Assembly: GCA_051747805.1 (NCBI GenBank)
Contig: JBNJGP010000042.1
Coordinates: 1 to 24,427 of the forward strand
Reading direction: 5' to 3'
From: Candidatus Muiribacteriota bacterium
Lineage (GTDB): Bacteria > Muiribacteriota > Muiribacteriia > Muiribacteriales > Muiribacteriaceae
DNA: 24,427 nt
Positions 8,879-17,774 of this stretch are shown here, one piece after another. Position 1 is the stretch's first letter. Every line of letters starts with the position of its first letter. The position numbers were made by a program, and so were the translations under genes. The notes below the pieces were generated by a model, which did not search any database, had not been told where the DNA came from, and saw only the letters and a list, made by a program, of their open reading frames with translations.

Positions 8879-10444
8879 TTATATCTCTCGTTGAAGAGAT
8901 TCCATGAAATTAGTTACCATAACATTTAATTCATGATTATCTTCAACGAGAGGTTTTACCTTGATTAAATGTTCAAGTGCTTTTTTATAATTTCCTCTTT
9001 TATTTTCAATTATCGCACTTCGTATATAAGGGTCCGGCTTTTTACCATTAATTAAAGCTGCGTTTCTATAAGCCTTTAATGCTTCTATTTCCTTTTCAAG
9101 TTTTTCAAGATTAAGTCCAAGATTATAGTGAATATTAAAGTCACTTCCATTAATTAATAAAGCCTTATTTAAAGTATTAACAGCTTTTTCATATTCTTCT
9201 TTTTCATAATAAACAGCCGAAAGATTATTAAAAGCCGGTATAAAGTCAAATTTTATCTCCAGAGATTTCTCAAAATATTTTTGAGCCTCTTCATGATTAT
9301 TTTTTAATTTATAAACTACTCCAATTTTATTTAATAAATCATAGGAATCCGGGAAATAATTATATGCCTCAAGAAAGTTAGTTAAAGCATTATCATATCT
9401 GTGTTTGTCAAGAAAAGCCTGCCCTTTCTGTTTATAGTTCATATACTGATGCTGATCAACTGCATAATACTCTTTTTCCCCTTCCTCAAAATAAAAATCT
9501 TCCTCTTCATCAGGAAGAACATCACAGTTTGTACATAAAATATCACCATCAATATAAACATAATCACCACCTGCCGGACAACTATATCCGGATGAAAGCA
9601 GGCCTTCGCTCTTTAATTGCTCTATATCAAAATCGACATCTTTTTCTTCGTAAACATTAAGTGTTGTAATTATTTTATAGGGAAAACTCTTATAAAAAAA
9701 ATCCTCCATGTTAACAAGATTTTTCCACTTATAATATGCGTTTTCAAGCCCTAATTTATTTATATAGCAATCAAATTCATTTATAAACTTCTCATCAAAA
9801 TTTTCACCGGGAAAATATCTGAAATATTCAATTATAATTTCAATAATTTCGGGTATTTCATCAATTTCACCTTCTTCACGTCTTTCTTTCCATAACCTAT
9901 AAGGTTTTACAAATTTTGAAATTTTATCAGCCCTTTTTCTGACTTCCATACTATCTTTTTGACTACGGGCTATTTTATAAAGATAATAATCTGCAATAAC
10001 ATTATCTGGAAAAATATCAAGGGTTTTAATAAATTCATTCTGAGCTTGTTGATATTTTTTTTCCTTAAAATATTTTAAGCCCATTTGAAAATGAAACTCA
10101 TCCCAGGGATAGGACTGTTCTTCTATTATTTCTTCCTTCGGAAGTTTTTGGCGAAGAGCTTCTGTTTCTTTCTGAATTACTTGTATTTCACTTTGAAGCT
10201 TCAACTGTTCAAATTGGGCAATATTTTCAACTTTACGGGCAAGTTCTGCTGCTTTTGTATTATCGGGATTTAATTTTAAGGCTTTCATTAAAGCTTTATA
10301 AGATTCTTCGTAATCACCTCGATTATATAAGAAGTAGGCCCTGGTATACCATTGATTAGATGCATATTCCGGTGTTTCCATAATTTCCTGGCCGAAAATT
10401 ATTATTTGAAAAAGCAATATAATGAATATTATCTTCCGCAGCAT
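8879..10444 (-). CDS. Secreted TPR protein with central pilin-like Cys module
   Basis: Signal peptide MLRKIIFIILLFQIIIFG. TPR blocks at both ends. Central CYINK...QLKSEGLL...CPAGGDY...CTNC. Start overlaps the secA 3' end by 16 nt. Confidence 0.85.
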   Translation of the reverse strand: MLRKIIFIILLFQIIIFGQEIMETPEYASNQWYTRAYFLYNRGDYEESYKALMKALKLNPDNTKAAELARKVENIAQFEQLKLQSEIQVIQKETEALRQKLPKEEIIEEQSYPWDEFHFQMGLKYFKEKKYQQAQNEFIKTLDIFPDNVIADYYLYKIARSQKDSMEVRKRADKISKFVKPYRLWKERREEGEIDEIPEIIEIIIEYFRYFPGENFDEKFINEFDCYINKLGLENAYYKWKNLVNMEDFFYKSFPYKIITTLNVYEEKDVDFDIEQLKSEGLLSSGYSCPAGGDYVYIDGDILCTNCDVLPDEEEDFYFEEGEKEYYAVDQHQYMNYKQKGQAFLDKHRYDNALTNFLEAYNYFPDSYDLLNKIGVVYKLKNNHEEAQKYFEKSLEIKFDFIPAFNNLSAVYYEKEEYEKAVNTLNKALLINGSDFNIHYNLGLNLEKLEKEIEALKAYRNAALINGKKPDPYIRSAIIENKRGNYKKALEHLIKVKPLVEDNHELNVMVTNFMESLQREI

Positions 10445-12927
10445 TTTTTAAATTTTTTTCCACTTCCGCAGGGACAGGGCTCATTTCTTCCGATTTTTGC
10501 CCCTTTCCTTTTAACAGTTTTTTGTTTTGTAGTATCATCTACTCTGTTTTCCTGTGCTTTTACCTTATCCGGCTCAACTTTTGTGTTATGTGCAAGCTCC
10601 ACCTTAAACAGAAATTCAACTGTCTGTTCTTTAATTCTTGCTATTAAACCTTCAAACATGCTGTGAGTTTCTATTTTATACTCTACCAGAGGATCCCGCT
10701 GTCCATAAGCACGAAGACCAATACCCTCGCGCAGAGAGTCGATTGAAACAAGGTATTCTCGCCACTCGCTATCCACACTTTTGAGCAATGAAAATTTTTC
10801 TATTCTCCAGAAAAGCTCTTTACCATATTTTAACTTTTTATTATTATATTTTTTATATGCCTCATTCAAAATATAATCCAGCGCTTCTGAAAAATCCATT
10901 TTTTTAATTTTTTCTTCATTAATTTCAAAATTGAATTTAGTTTTCAAATCCGCATTAAGTTCTTTAATATCCCAGTGTTCTGATAAAAACTCCTCTGTAA
11001 TATAAGATTGAGCCGTAGAATTAACCACCTCATCAATGAAAGTTTGAACTGTTTCCTCAACATTATTGGAGGCAAGGACCTCACGTCTTTGTTTATATAT
11101 AATATTTCTCTGATCATTTATAACGTTGTCATATTCAAGCACGTGTTTTCTAACCTTATAATTCTGTAGCTCTACTCTTTTCTGAGCTCTTTCTAATGCC
11201 TGTGATATTAATGAATGTTCAATAGGTTCATAAGCTGGAATATTAAGCTTATCATAAATCATAGATATTTTATCTGAGCCAAAAAGTCTCAATAAATCAT
11301 CTTCAAGCGAAAGTATAAAAAGACTTGTTCCTTCATCCCCCTGACGTCCAGAACGCCCTCTCAGCTGATTATCAATTCTTCTGCTTTCATGCCTCTCAGT
11401 TCCTAAAACAAATAACCCACCAGCCTTTCTGGCCTCTTCATCAAGAACAATATCGGTTCCTCTACCTGCCATATTGGTAGCTATTGTTATAGATTTATGA
11501 TTTCCTGCTTTCGATATAATATTTGCTTCCTGTTCATGATACTTGGCATTTAATATATTAAAGGGACATCCATGTTTTCTTAACATATTACCAAGCATTT
11601 CCGAAACTTCAATAGAAACTGTTCCAACAAGTACAGGCTGTCCTTTTTCGTAAAGAGATAATATTTTGCTGATAATCATCTCATATTTTTCATTTTTGGT
11701 TTTATATATAACATCAGGAAGGTCTTTTCTTATCATTGGTTCATTTGTTGGAATAGCAAGCACTTCCATATTGTAAATATCAATAAATTCTCTTTCTTCT
11801 GTTTTAGCAGTACCTGTCATACCAGCAATTTTATTATACATTAAAAAATAATTCTGCAGAGTAATAGTTGCCATTGTCTGGCTTTCATCCTTGATTTTAA
11901 CGCGTTCTTTAGCCTCAATTGCCTGATGAAGCCCCTCGCTGTATCTGCGGCCAAACATCAACCTGCCAGTAAACTCATCAACAATGGTTACCTCACCCTC
12001 TTTAACAACATAATCTTTATCTTTTTGAAAAAGATTATGAGCTTTTAATGCCTGTGTAAGATAATGAGAATAATCATAATTCTCATTAGCATATAGATTT
12101 TCTATATTAAGCATATTCTCTACAAATTCAATTCCCTCATCTGTAAGTGTTACATTTTTATGCTTTTCATCAATATCAAAGTGTTTTTTAATTTTCATTT
12201 TACGAACAATCTGATCAAATTTAAAATAATTCTGTGAAGATTTTTTAGGCATTCCCGAAAGAATCAAAGGGGTTCTGGCCTCGTCTATTAATATTGAGTC
12301 AACCTCATCAACTATAGCATAATTTAAATCCCGCTGAACACAATCTTCAATATTAACTTCCATATTATCTCTCAGATAATCAAAACCAAATTCATTATTT
12401 GTTCCATAAACTATATCACATTTATAGGCTTCTTTTTTAACTGAATGCTCCATACCGCTTTTAAGAAGTCCAACTGACAACCCTAAAAATTTATAGAGTT
12501 TCCCCATCCACTGACTATCTCTTTCAGCAAGATAATCATTAACTGTAATTAGATGAACGCCACGCCCCTCAAGAGAATTCAAATAAACAGGGAGGGTGGC
12601 GGCCAGAGTTTTGCCTTCACCAGTTTTCATTTCAGCAATTTTTCCCCTGTGAAGAACAATTCCACCTATAAGCTGAACATCAAAATGACGCATATTAAGA
12701 ACACGTTTACCCGCCTCGCGAACTACCGCAAAAGCCTCAGGAAGTATATCTTCTTTTGTTTCTCCATTGTTAATTCTATTTTTGAATTCAACCGTTTTTT
12801 TTTGTAATTCTTCGTCTGTAAGAGAAGATATTTTTGCTTCAAGTGAGTTAATAAGCTCAACTATTTTGTATAATTTTGCTATTTCCCTCTCATTTTTATT
12901 GAATAATTTTTTAAAGAACTTTTTCAT
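10429..12927 (-). CDS. secA: Preprotein translocase subunit SecA
   Basis: AEMKTGEGKTL, VDEVDSILIDEARTPLI, ATNMAGRGTDI, GTERHESRRIDNQLRGRSGRQGD, C-terminal SEC-C motif GRNEPCPCGSGKKFKKCC. Confidence 0.98.
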   Translation of the reverse strand: MKKFFKKLFNKNEREIAKLYKIVELINSLEAKISSLTDEELQKKTVEFKNRINNGETKEDILPEAFAVVREAGKRVLNMRHFDVQLIGGIVLHRGKIAEMKTGEGKTLAATLPVYLNSLEGRGVHLITVNDYLAERDSQWMGKLYKFLGLSVGLLKSGMEHSVKKEAYKCDIVYGTNNEFGFDYLRDNMEVNIEDCVQRDLNYAIVDEVDSILIDEARTPLILSGMPKKSSQNYFKFDQIVRKMKIKKHFDIDEKHKNVTLTDEGIEFVENMLNIENLYANENYDYSHYLTQALKAHNLFQKDKDYVVKEGEVTIVDEFTGRLMFGRRYSEGLHQAIEAKERVKIKDESQTMATITLQNYFLMYNKIAGMTGTAKTEEREFIDIYNMEVLAIPTNEPMIRKDLPDVIYKTKNEKYEMIISKILSLYEKGQPVLVGTVSIEVSEMLGNMLRKHGCPFNILNAKYHEQEANIISKAGNHKSITIATNMAGRGTDIVLDEEARKAGGLFVLGTERHESRRIDNQLRGRSGRQGDEGTSLFILSLEDDLLRLFGSDKISMIYDKLNIPAYEPIEHSLISQALERAQKRVELQNYKVRKHVLEYDNVINDQRNIIYKQRREVLASNNVEETVQTFIDEVVNSTAQSYITEEFLSEHWDIKELNADLKTKFNFEINEEKIKKMDFSEALDYILNEAYKKYNNKKLKYGKELFWRIEKFSLLKSVDSEWREYLVSIDSLREGIGLRAYGQRDPLVEYKIETHSMFEGLIARIKEQTVEFLFKVELAHNTKVEPDKVKAQENRVDDTTKQKTVKRKGAKIGRNEPCPCGSGKKFKKCCGR

Positions 12928-13372
12928 TTTTATGAATTATTTTTAATACCTCTTCTGGATTTTTTGCCGATAAAATTTCCGACCTGAAACTTTTGCTTCT
13001 CAATAACATAGAAAGCTGAGCAAGAACCTGTAGGTATTTTGATTCAACTTTTAACGGAGCGGCCAGCAGAAAAAATATTTTTGCCGATTCTCCGTCAAGT
13101 GAATCAAAATCTATACCCCTATCATGTCTGGCAAAAACAAGTGATAAATTCTTAACACATTCGCTCCTGCCATGTGGAATAGCTATATTTTTACCAATCC
13201 CTGTGCTTCCAAGCTTTTCGCGATTTTTTAGAATTTTTAAAAATTCATCTTTATTTGAAATAATTCTTTTTTCCAGAGAAAAATCGCACAGCTCTTGAAG
13301 CATTTCTTCTTTAGTCTGCGCAACCGGATTCAGGATTATATATTCTTTTTTAAGGAGAGTATCAACTTCCAT
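12911..13372 (-). CDS. PTS EIIA component (PtsN/fructose-mannitol EIIA family)
   Basis: REKLGSTGIGKNIAIPHGR (phosphorylated His) and GIDFDSLDG. Stand-alone 153-aa EIIA right after hpf. Confidence 0.9.
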   Translation of the reverse strand: MEVDTLLKKEYIILNPVAQTKEEMLQELCDFSLEKRIISNKDEFLKILKNREKLGSTGIGKNIAIPHGRSECVKNLSLVFARHDRGIDFDSLDGESAKIFFLLAAPLKVESKYLQVLAQLSMLLRSKSFRSEILSAKNPEEVLKIIHKNEKVL

Positions 13373-13373
13373 A

Positions 13374-13937
13374 TTAAATTTCCGGCTCTATAAGACCAAC
13401 TGAGCCGTCATTTCTTTTATAAACAACATTAACCTGCTCTGATTCAGCATTTGTAAAAACCAGAAAGTTTCTCCCAAACTCTTGAAGCTGCATAGCCGCC
13501 TCTTCAACAAATAAGGGCTTCATTGCATATTTTCTAGCCCTTATTACCTTTGGTTCCTCATTTTCAAACTCGCTTTCAACATCAAAAACAGAATGAGTAA
13601 TAGCTTTCTCTTTAGCCTCTACAAGTTTTTTTCTGTTTTTTGTTTTAAGTTTTTCTTTATATTTTTTAATCTGTCTTTCAAGTTTATCTACAACAAGATC
13701 TATCGCAGAATATAAATCAACCGCAGCTTCTTCTGCATGAATTGTTGTTCCATTTGCCCATATTGTAACCTCAACAGACTGTTTTTTTTCTTTTTCTTTT
13801 GCATCATCAACATGAAAAACAACATCTGTTTCATTAATATGATCAAAATATTTCTGTAACTTTGACAATTTTTCTTCCGTGTGTTTTTTTAAACTTTCTG
13901 ACAAATTAAAGTTCTGTCCGCTTATGATTATTTGCAT
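13374..13937 (-). CDS. hpf: Ribosome hibernation promoting factor, long form
   Basis: DLYSAIDLVVDKLERQIKKYKEK and C-terminal domain KPLFVEEAAMQL...FLVFTNAESEQVNVVYKRNDGSVGLIEP. Confidence 0.95.
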   Translation of the reverse strand: MQIIISGQNFNLSESLKKHTEEKLSKLQKYFDHINETDVVFHVDDAKEKEKKQSVEVTIWANGTTIHAEEAAVDLYSAIDLVVDKLERQIKKYKEKLKTKNRKKLVEAKEKAITHSVFDVESEFENEEPKVIRARKYAMKPLFVEEAAMQLQEFGRNFLVFTNAESEQVNVVYKRNDGSVGLIEPEI

Positions 13938-15167
13938 TTAAATGCCTCCTTTTCCATATTTAGGAATTAAAAAATCGCTTTTAACTGTATAAAAATTTAA
14001 AATACTATCCACTTCAACTCCATCCATCTCTTCGGCTATTTTAACTTCAGGAAATTCAACGTTTTTATAATCTCCTTCAAATTTATTATAATAATCTATT
14101 ATAGCAGAAGATATAGTTTTTGCCAACTCATACCTGTAAAAACTTGACTTTAATTCATGTGTTTCTTCGGAATTGGATAAAAATCCCACTTCAAGGAGCA
14201 GAGCCGGAGATTTTGAAAACTTTAATACATCAAATTTAGCAGAGAAAATACCTCTCCCGAGTATATTTATTTCATTTCTTTTAAAAGAACTTTTAACTAT
14301 TCCAGCAAAATCAGCACTCACTTTTTGATTAGTATTCATAAGTATATCGTTTAAAATCAGGTTAATTTCTTCTTTATTTTTATTATCCTGCTCTACAATA
14401 ACTTCGTTATTTTCACGAACTGCAAGCCAGTTTGCCTCAGCTGATGATGAAACGTTTGAAAAATAATAAAAACTAGCTCCACTTGCAGAAGAACGATGTG
14501 AGGAATCAGCATGAAGACTTATAAATAAATCACTTTTATTGTTGTTAGCAATATCGGCCCTCCGTCTAAGAGGAAGAAAAACATCCTCATCTCGAGTAAG
14601 TTTTATTTTAATGTCATCTATATCCATATTCTGAAAAATCCATCTGATTTTCAGTGCAATATCAAGACAAATATCTCTTTCCATAATACCCAAAGTGTGA
14701 TTTATAGCTCCCGGATCAAATCCCCCGTGCCCGGGGTCAATTGTTACAACCATAGCCTCATTTTCGTCTTTAACCTCGCCTGGAACAAAAAAATCATCTA
14801 CATCGACAAATATCTTATACCTACCATCCACTTCCTCGCTGGCCTTATATACCCTGACTTCATTAACATACTTAAGCTTGATTACAAGTCTGGTAATTCC
14901 GGGCCTGAAAGCGCCCACACGTATTGATTCAACATTTCCGCGATTTAAATTCTGAAACTCTGTTTCTTTATTATACTCAGTTTCAACATCAACAACAAAA
15001 AGTCTTTCATCCTTAACCTCTATAACCTCATAAGAAGGATTATCCTCAAAATTGAAGGTGAATCTTAAAAAATTTTCGCCATCCCAGTAATCCCAGTCGT
15101 TCAAAGAAGCCGAGCAGAAAATTATTAAAAAATTTATAAAAAAAAGAAATAAAATTTTTTTCTTCAT
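13938..15167 (-). CDS. N-acetylmuramoyl-L-alanine amidase (AMIN + Amidase_3, AmiC-like)
   Basis: Signal peptide, AMIN-like IRVGAFRPGITRLVIKL, Zn motifs IDPGHGGFDPGA, ERDICL, FISLHAD, LLEVGFLSN. Confidence 0.92.
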   Translation of the reverse strand: MKKKILFLFFINFLIIFCSASLNDWDYWDGENFLRFTFNFEDNPSYEVIEVKDERLFVVDVETEYNKETEFQNLNRGNVESIRVGAFRPGITRLVIKLKYVNEVRVYKASEEVDGRYKIFVDVDDFFVPGEVKDENEAMVVTIDPGHGGFDPGAINHTLGIMERDICLDIALKIRWIFQNMDIDDIKIKLTRDEDVFLPLRRRADIANNNKSDLFISLHADSSHRSSASGASFYYFSNVSSSAEANWLAVRENNEVIVEQDNKNKEEINLILNDILMNTNQKVSADFAGIVKSSFKRNEINILGRGIFSAKFDVLKFSKSPALLLEVGFLSNSEETHELKSSFYRYELAKTISSAIIDYYNKFEGDYKNVEFPEVKIAEEMDGVEVDSILNFYTVKSDFLIPKYGKGGI

Positions 15168-15172
15168 TTAAG

Positions 15173-15685
15173 TTAATAAATTATTTCAGATTTAATTTCT
15201 TTTCCAGATAGTTTTTTCCTTCCCTGTAGAAAACCAAGTTCAATCAAAAAACTGAAACCAGAAACTGTTGCATTGTTTTTTTCAATCATCCTGACCATTG
15301 CAGCAGCGGTACCGCCCGTTGCCAGCAAATCATCTACTATAAGGACTCTGCTTCCCTTTTCTATTGCATCAATATGCATTTCCAGAGAATCCTTACCATA
15401 TTCAAGTTCATAACTTTCAGAAACTACTTTATGGGGAAGCTTTCCAGGTTTTCTAACAGGAATAAAGCCGGCTGCAAGCTCCATTGCAATAGCTGAACCA
15501 AAAATAAAGCCTCTTGATTCGGCCCCTGCAACATAATCAATTCCTTTATTTTTCCATGGTGAGGCCATTTTTTCCACAGCCTTTTTTAATGCAGAATTAT
15601 CCTTAAGCAGAGGAGTAATATCTTTATAAACTATTCCCTCTTTTGGAAAATCTGGTATATCTCTTATATAATCTTTCAGTTCCAT
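15173..15685 (-). CDS. apt: Adenine phosphoribosyltransferase
   Basis: IPDFPKEGIVYKDITPLL, ESRGFIFG, VRKPGKLP, YELEYG, PRPP motif VLIVDDLLATGGT. Confidence 0.97.
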   Translation of the reverse strand: MELKDYIRDIPDFPKEGIVYKDITPLLKDNSALKKAVEKMASPWKNKGIDYVAGAESRGFIFGSAIAMELAAGFIPVRKPGKLPHKVVSESYELEYGKDSLEMHIDAIEKGSRVLIVDDLLATGGTAAAMVRMIEKNNATVSGFSFLIELGFLQGRKKLSGKEIKSEIIY

Positions 15686-15743
15686 ATTCAGCTCCCGTTT
15701 TTTATATTTTTGAGTTTGCCAGACTCAAGTATAATCTTAAAAA

Positions 15744-17732
15744 TTAACTCTTTAAACCTTTAATACTTTTTATCGATTTTATAAAAACCTGGTTATTTTT
15801 GCCCCTGGAATAGTTTCTGGCTTTTTTAAAAAAGGACAGAGCTTTTGCCTTATCCCCCTTTTTTTTAAAAGCCAACCCCAGATTAAAATATATTTTCGCA
15901 TTATTTGAAGATAATTTCAAGGCTTTATTATAAAAATTTATTGCCCGGTCAAATGAACCGGAAAGCAAAAACTCATTCCCCTTTTCTTTAATTTTATCTA
16001 CCTCAATAAAACTACCTGAAGAATTTTTTTTATTTTTACTTTTAATATCTATAATCTGCAATTCAATATAGCTTGTGTTATTATAAGTTGAAAGTTTTGT
16101 TTTAAACGCAATATCAATTTTATCTCCTACCTTGAAGGTAAGTTCTTTTTGATTATTATTGAAAAAGTTATAGTATACACCCTTCAGATTATAAAAACCA
16201 TCTGAGAGTCTTAAGCTGAGATGTTTCTGGCTGAATATATTTAAACTTTTAACCTCGATACTTTTTATAGCAAATACTGGAAGGGGATTTTTTTCTCCAA
16301 AAGGATGAAACTTATCCCATATCTCATCATAGAAATTTATATTTATATGCTCTGCTTTTAATTCCAGGTCAATTTCAATAGAACCGGCAGGTATCCCCCG
16401 GGAAAAAACTTCACTTGCTCTTTTATAAAGTCTATCATGAAAACAATCAATATTATTCTCTTTTATAGTAAAACCCGCAGCAAATTCATGGCCCCCAAAA
16501 GATTCAAGCAAATCCTCACAACTTGCAATATTTTCCACAAGGTTAAACCCCTCTATACTACGGGCGGAACCCCTCGCAATTTTTGTCTTTTTATCTATGC
16601 TTATTAAAAAAGCAGGTCTGTTAAACATTTCTTTTATTTTTGAGCTTACAATTCCTATAACTCCTAAATTCCAGTCATAACCATATAGCATAATTATTTT
16701 TTTGTTTCTCACGTCTTTTTCGACCATTTTTTGTGCTTTTTGCATTATATTAAGCTCAATAACACGTCTTTGTTTATTTTGCAAATTAAGATTTTCAGCA
16801 AGATTTATAGCTTCATATTTATCTTGGGTTAATAGAAGTTTTAATGCTACCTTCGGATTTCCAACTCTTCCCGAAGCGTTTATTCTAGGGGCAAGCCCAA
16901 AACTAATTGTATGGGAGTTAATTTCATTACCGTAAACATATTTCATAAGCGCCTCTATTCCCGGACGCCTTCTTTTTGCCATAATATCAAAGCCGGTTCT
17001 CGTAATTAATCGATTCTCATCAATCATCGGCACTATATCTGCAATTGTTCCCAGGGCCGCAAGATCTATAACAGTTTTTAAAAAATTTTTATCTAAATCA
17101 TAGTATTCAATATATCCCTGGATAAGCTTAAAAGAAACACCAACACCAGCCAGATATTTAAAGGGATATTTTTCTTCCAGTTTCGGGTTTATCAGAACAT
17201 CTGCCTCTGGTAATTTTTCAGGTATTTCATGATGGTCAGTAACAATCACATCTATATTATTTTTTTTGGCATATTTTATTTCTTCATAGCTACATATTCC
17301 AGTATCAACAGTGATAATAAGCCCTGCCTTTCTCTCTATAAATTTTTCCATTATATTCTTATTCAGACCATATCCATTATCTCTTTCGGGCAGAATACAA
17401 TCAACGTTATCATAATTCAGAAGTTTTAGAAAAAATTCATATAAGAGGGCTGTACTAGTAATACCATCAACATCATAATCGCCAAATATTATAATTAATG
17501 AGTTTTTTTCAATATGACTTTTAATTATTTCACAGGATTTTATAATATTTGAAAATAAAAACGGAGAATGAAACTTTTTATTGTTAAAATTCAAAAAATT
17601 TTCAAGGTCTTCTTTTTTATAAATCCCTCGGTTATATAAAAGAGTTGCGACAGGACCTGAAAGATTAAACCATTTTTTTATTAAATTAACCTTTTCTTTA
17701 TCTACTTCTTTTATTATCCACTTTTTCTTCAT
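15744..17732 (-). CDS. recJ: ssDNA exonuclease RecJ with C-terminal TPR extension
   Basis: GDYDVDGITS, ITVDTG, TDHH, LGTIADIVP, APRINASGR, GSARS, GGHEFAAG and OB fold, followed by about 2 TPR motifs. Confidence 0.95.
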   Translation of the reverse strand: MKKKWIIKEVDKEKVNLIKKWFNLSGPVATLLYNRGIYKKEDLENFLNFNNKKFHSPFLFSNIIKSCEIIKSHIEKNSLIIIFGDYDVDGITSTALLYEFFLKLLNYDNVDCILPERDNGYGLNKNIMEKFIERKAGLIITVDTGICSYEEIKYAKKNNIDVIVTDHHEIPEKLPEADVLINPKLEEKYPFKYLAGVGVSFKLIQGYIEYYDLDKNFLKTVIDLAALGTIADIVPMIDENRLITRTGFDIMAKRRRPGIEALMKYVYGNEINSHTISFGLAPRINASGRVGNPKVALKLLLTQDKYEAINLAENLNLQNKQRRVIELNIMQKAQKMVEKDVRNKKIIMLYGYDWNLGVIGIVSSKIKEMFNRPAFLISIDKKTKIARGSARSIEGFNLVENIASCEDLLESFGGHEFAAGFTIKENNIDCFHDRLYKRASEVFSRGIPAGSIEIDLELKAEHININFYDEIWDKFHPFGEKNPLPVFAIKSIEVKSLNIFSQKHLSLRLSDGFYNLKGVYYNFFNNNQKELTFKVGDKIDIAFKTKLSTYNNTSYIELQIIDIKSKNKKNSSGSFIEVDKIKEKGNEFLLSGSFDRAINFYNKALKLSSNNAKIYFNLGLAFKKKGDKAKALSFFKKARNYSRGKNNQVFIKSIKSIKGLKS

Positions 17733-17774
17733 TTATATCCAATCTGTTAATTTGAATGTTGTTTTTAAAATACA

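Noticed and set aside
10085..10666. Short ORFs 10085-10273, 10352-10666 and 10356-10538
   Set aside because: All lie within secA or the TPR gene, on the opposite strand or in another frame, with no motifs.
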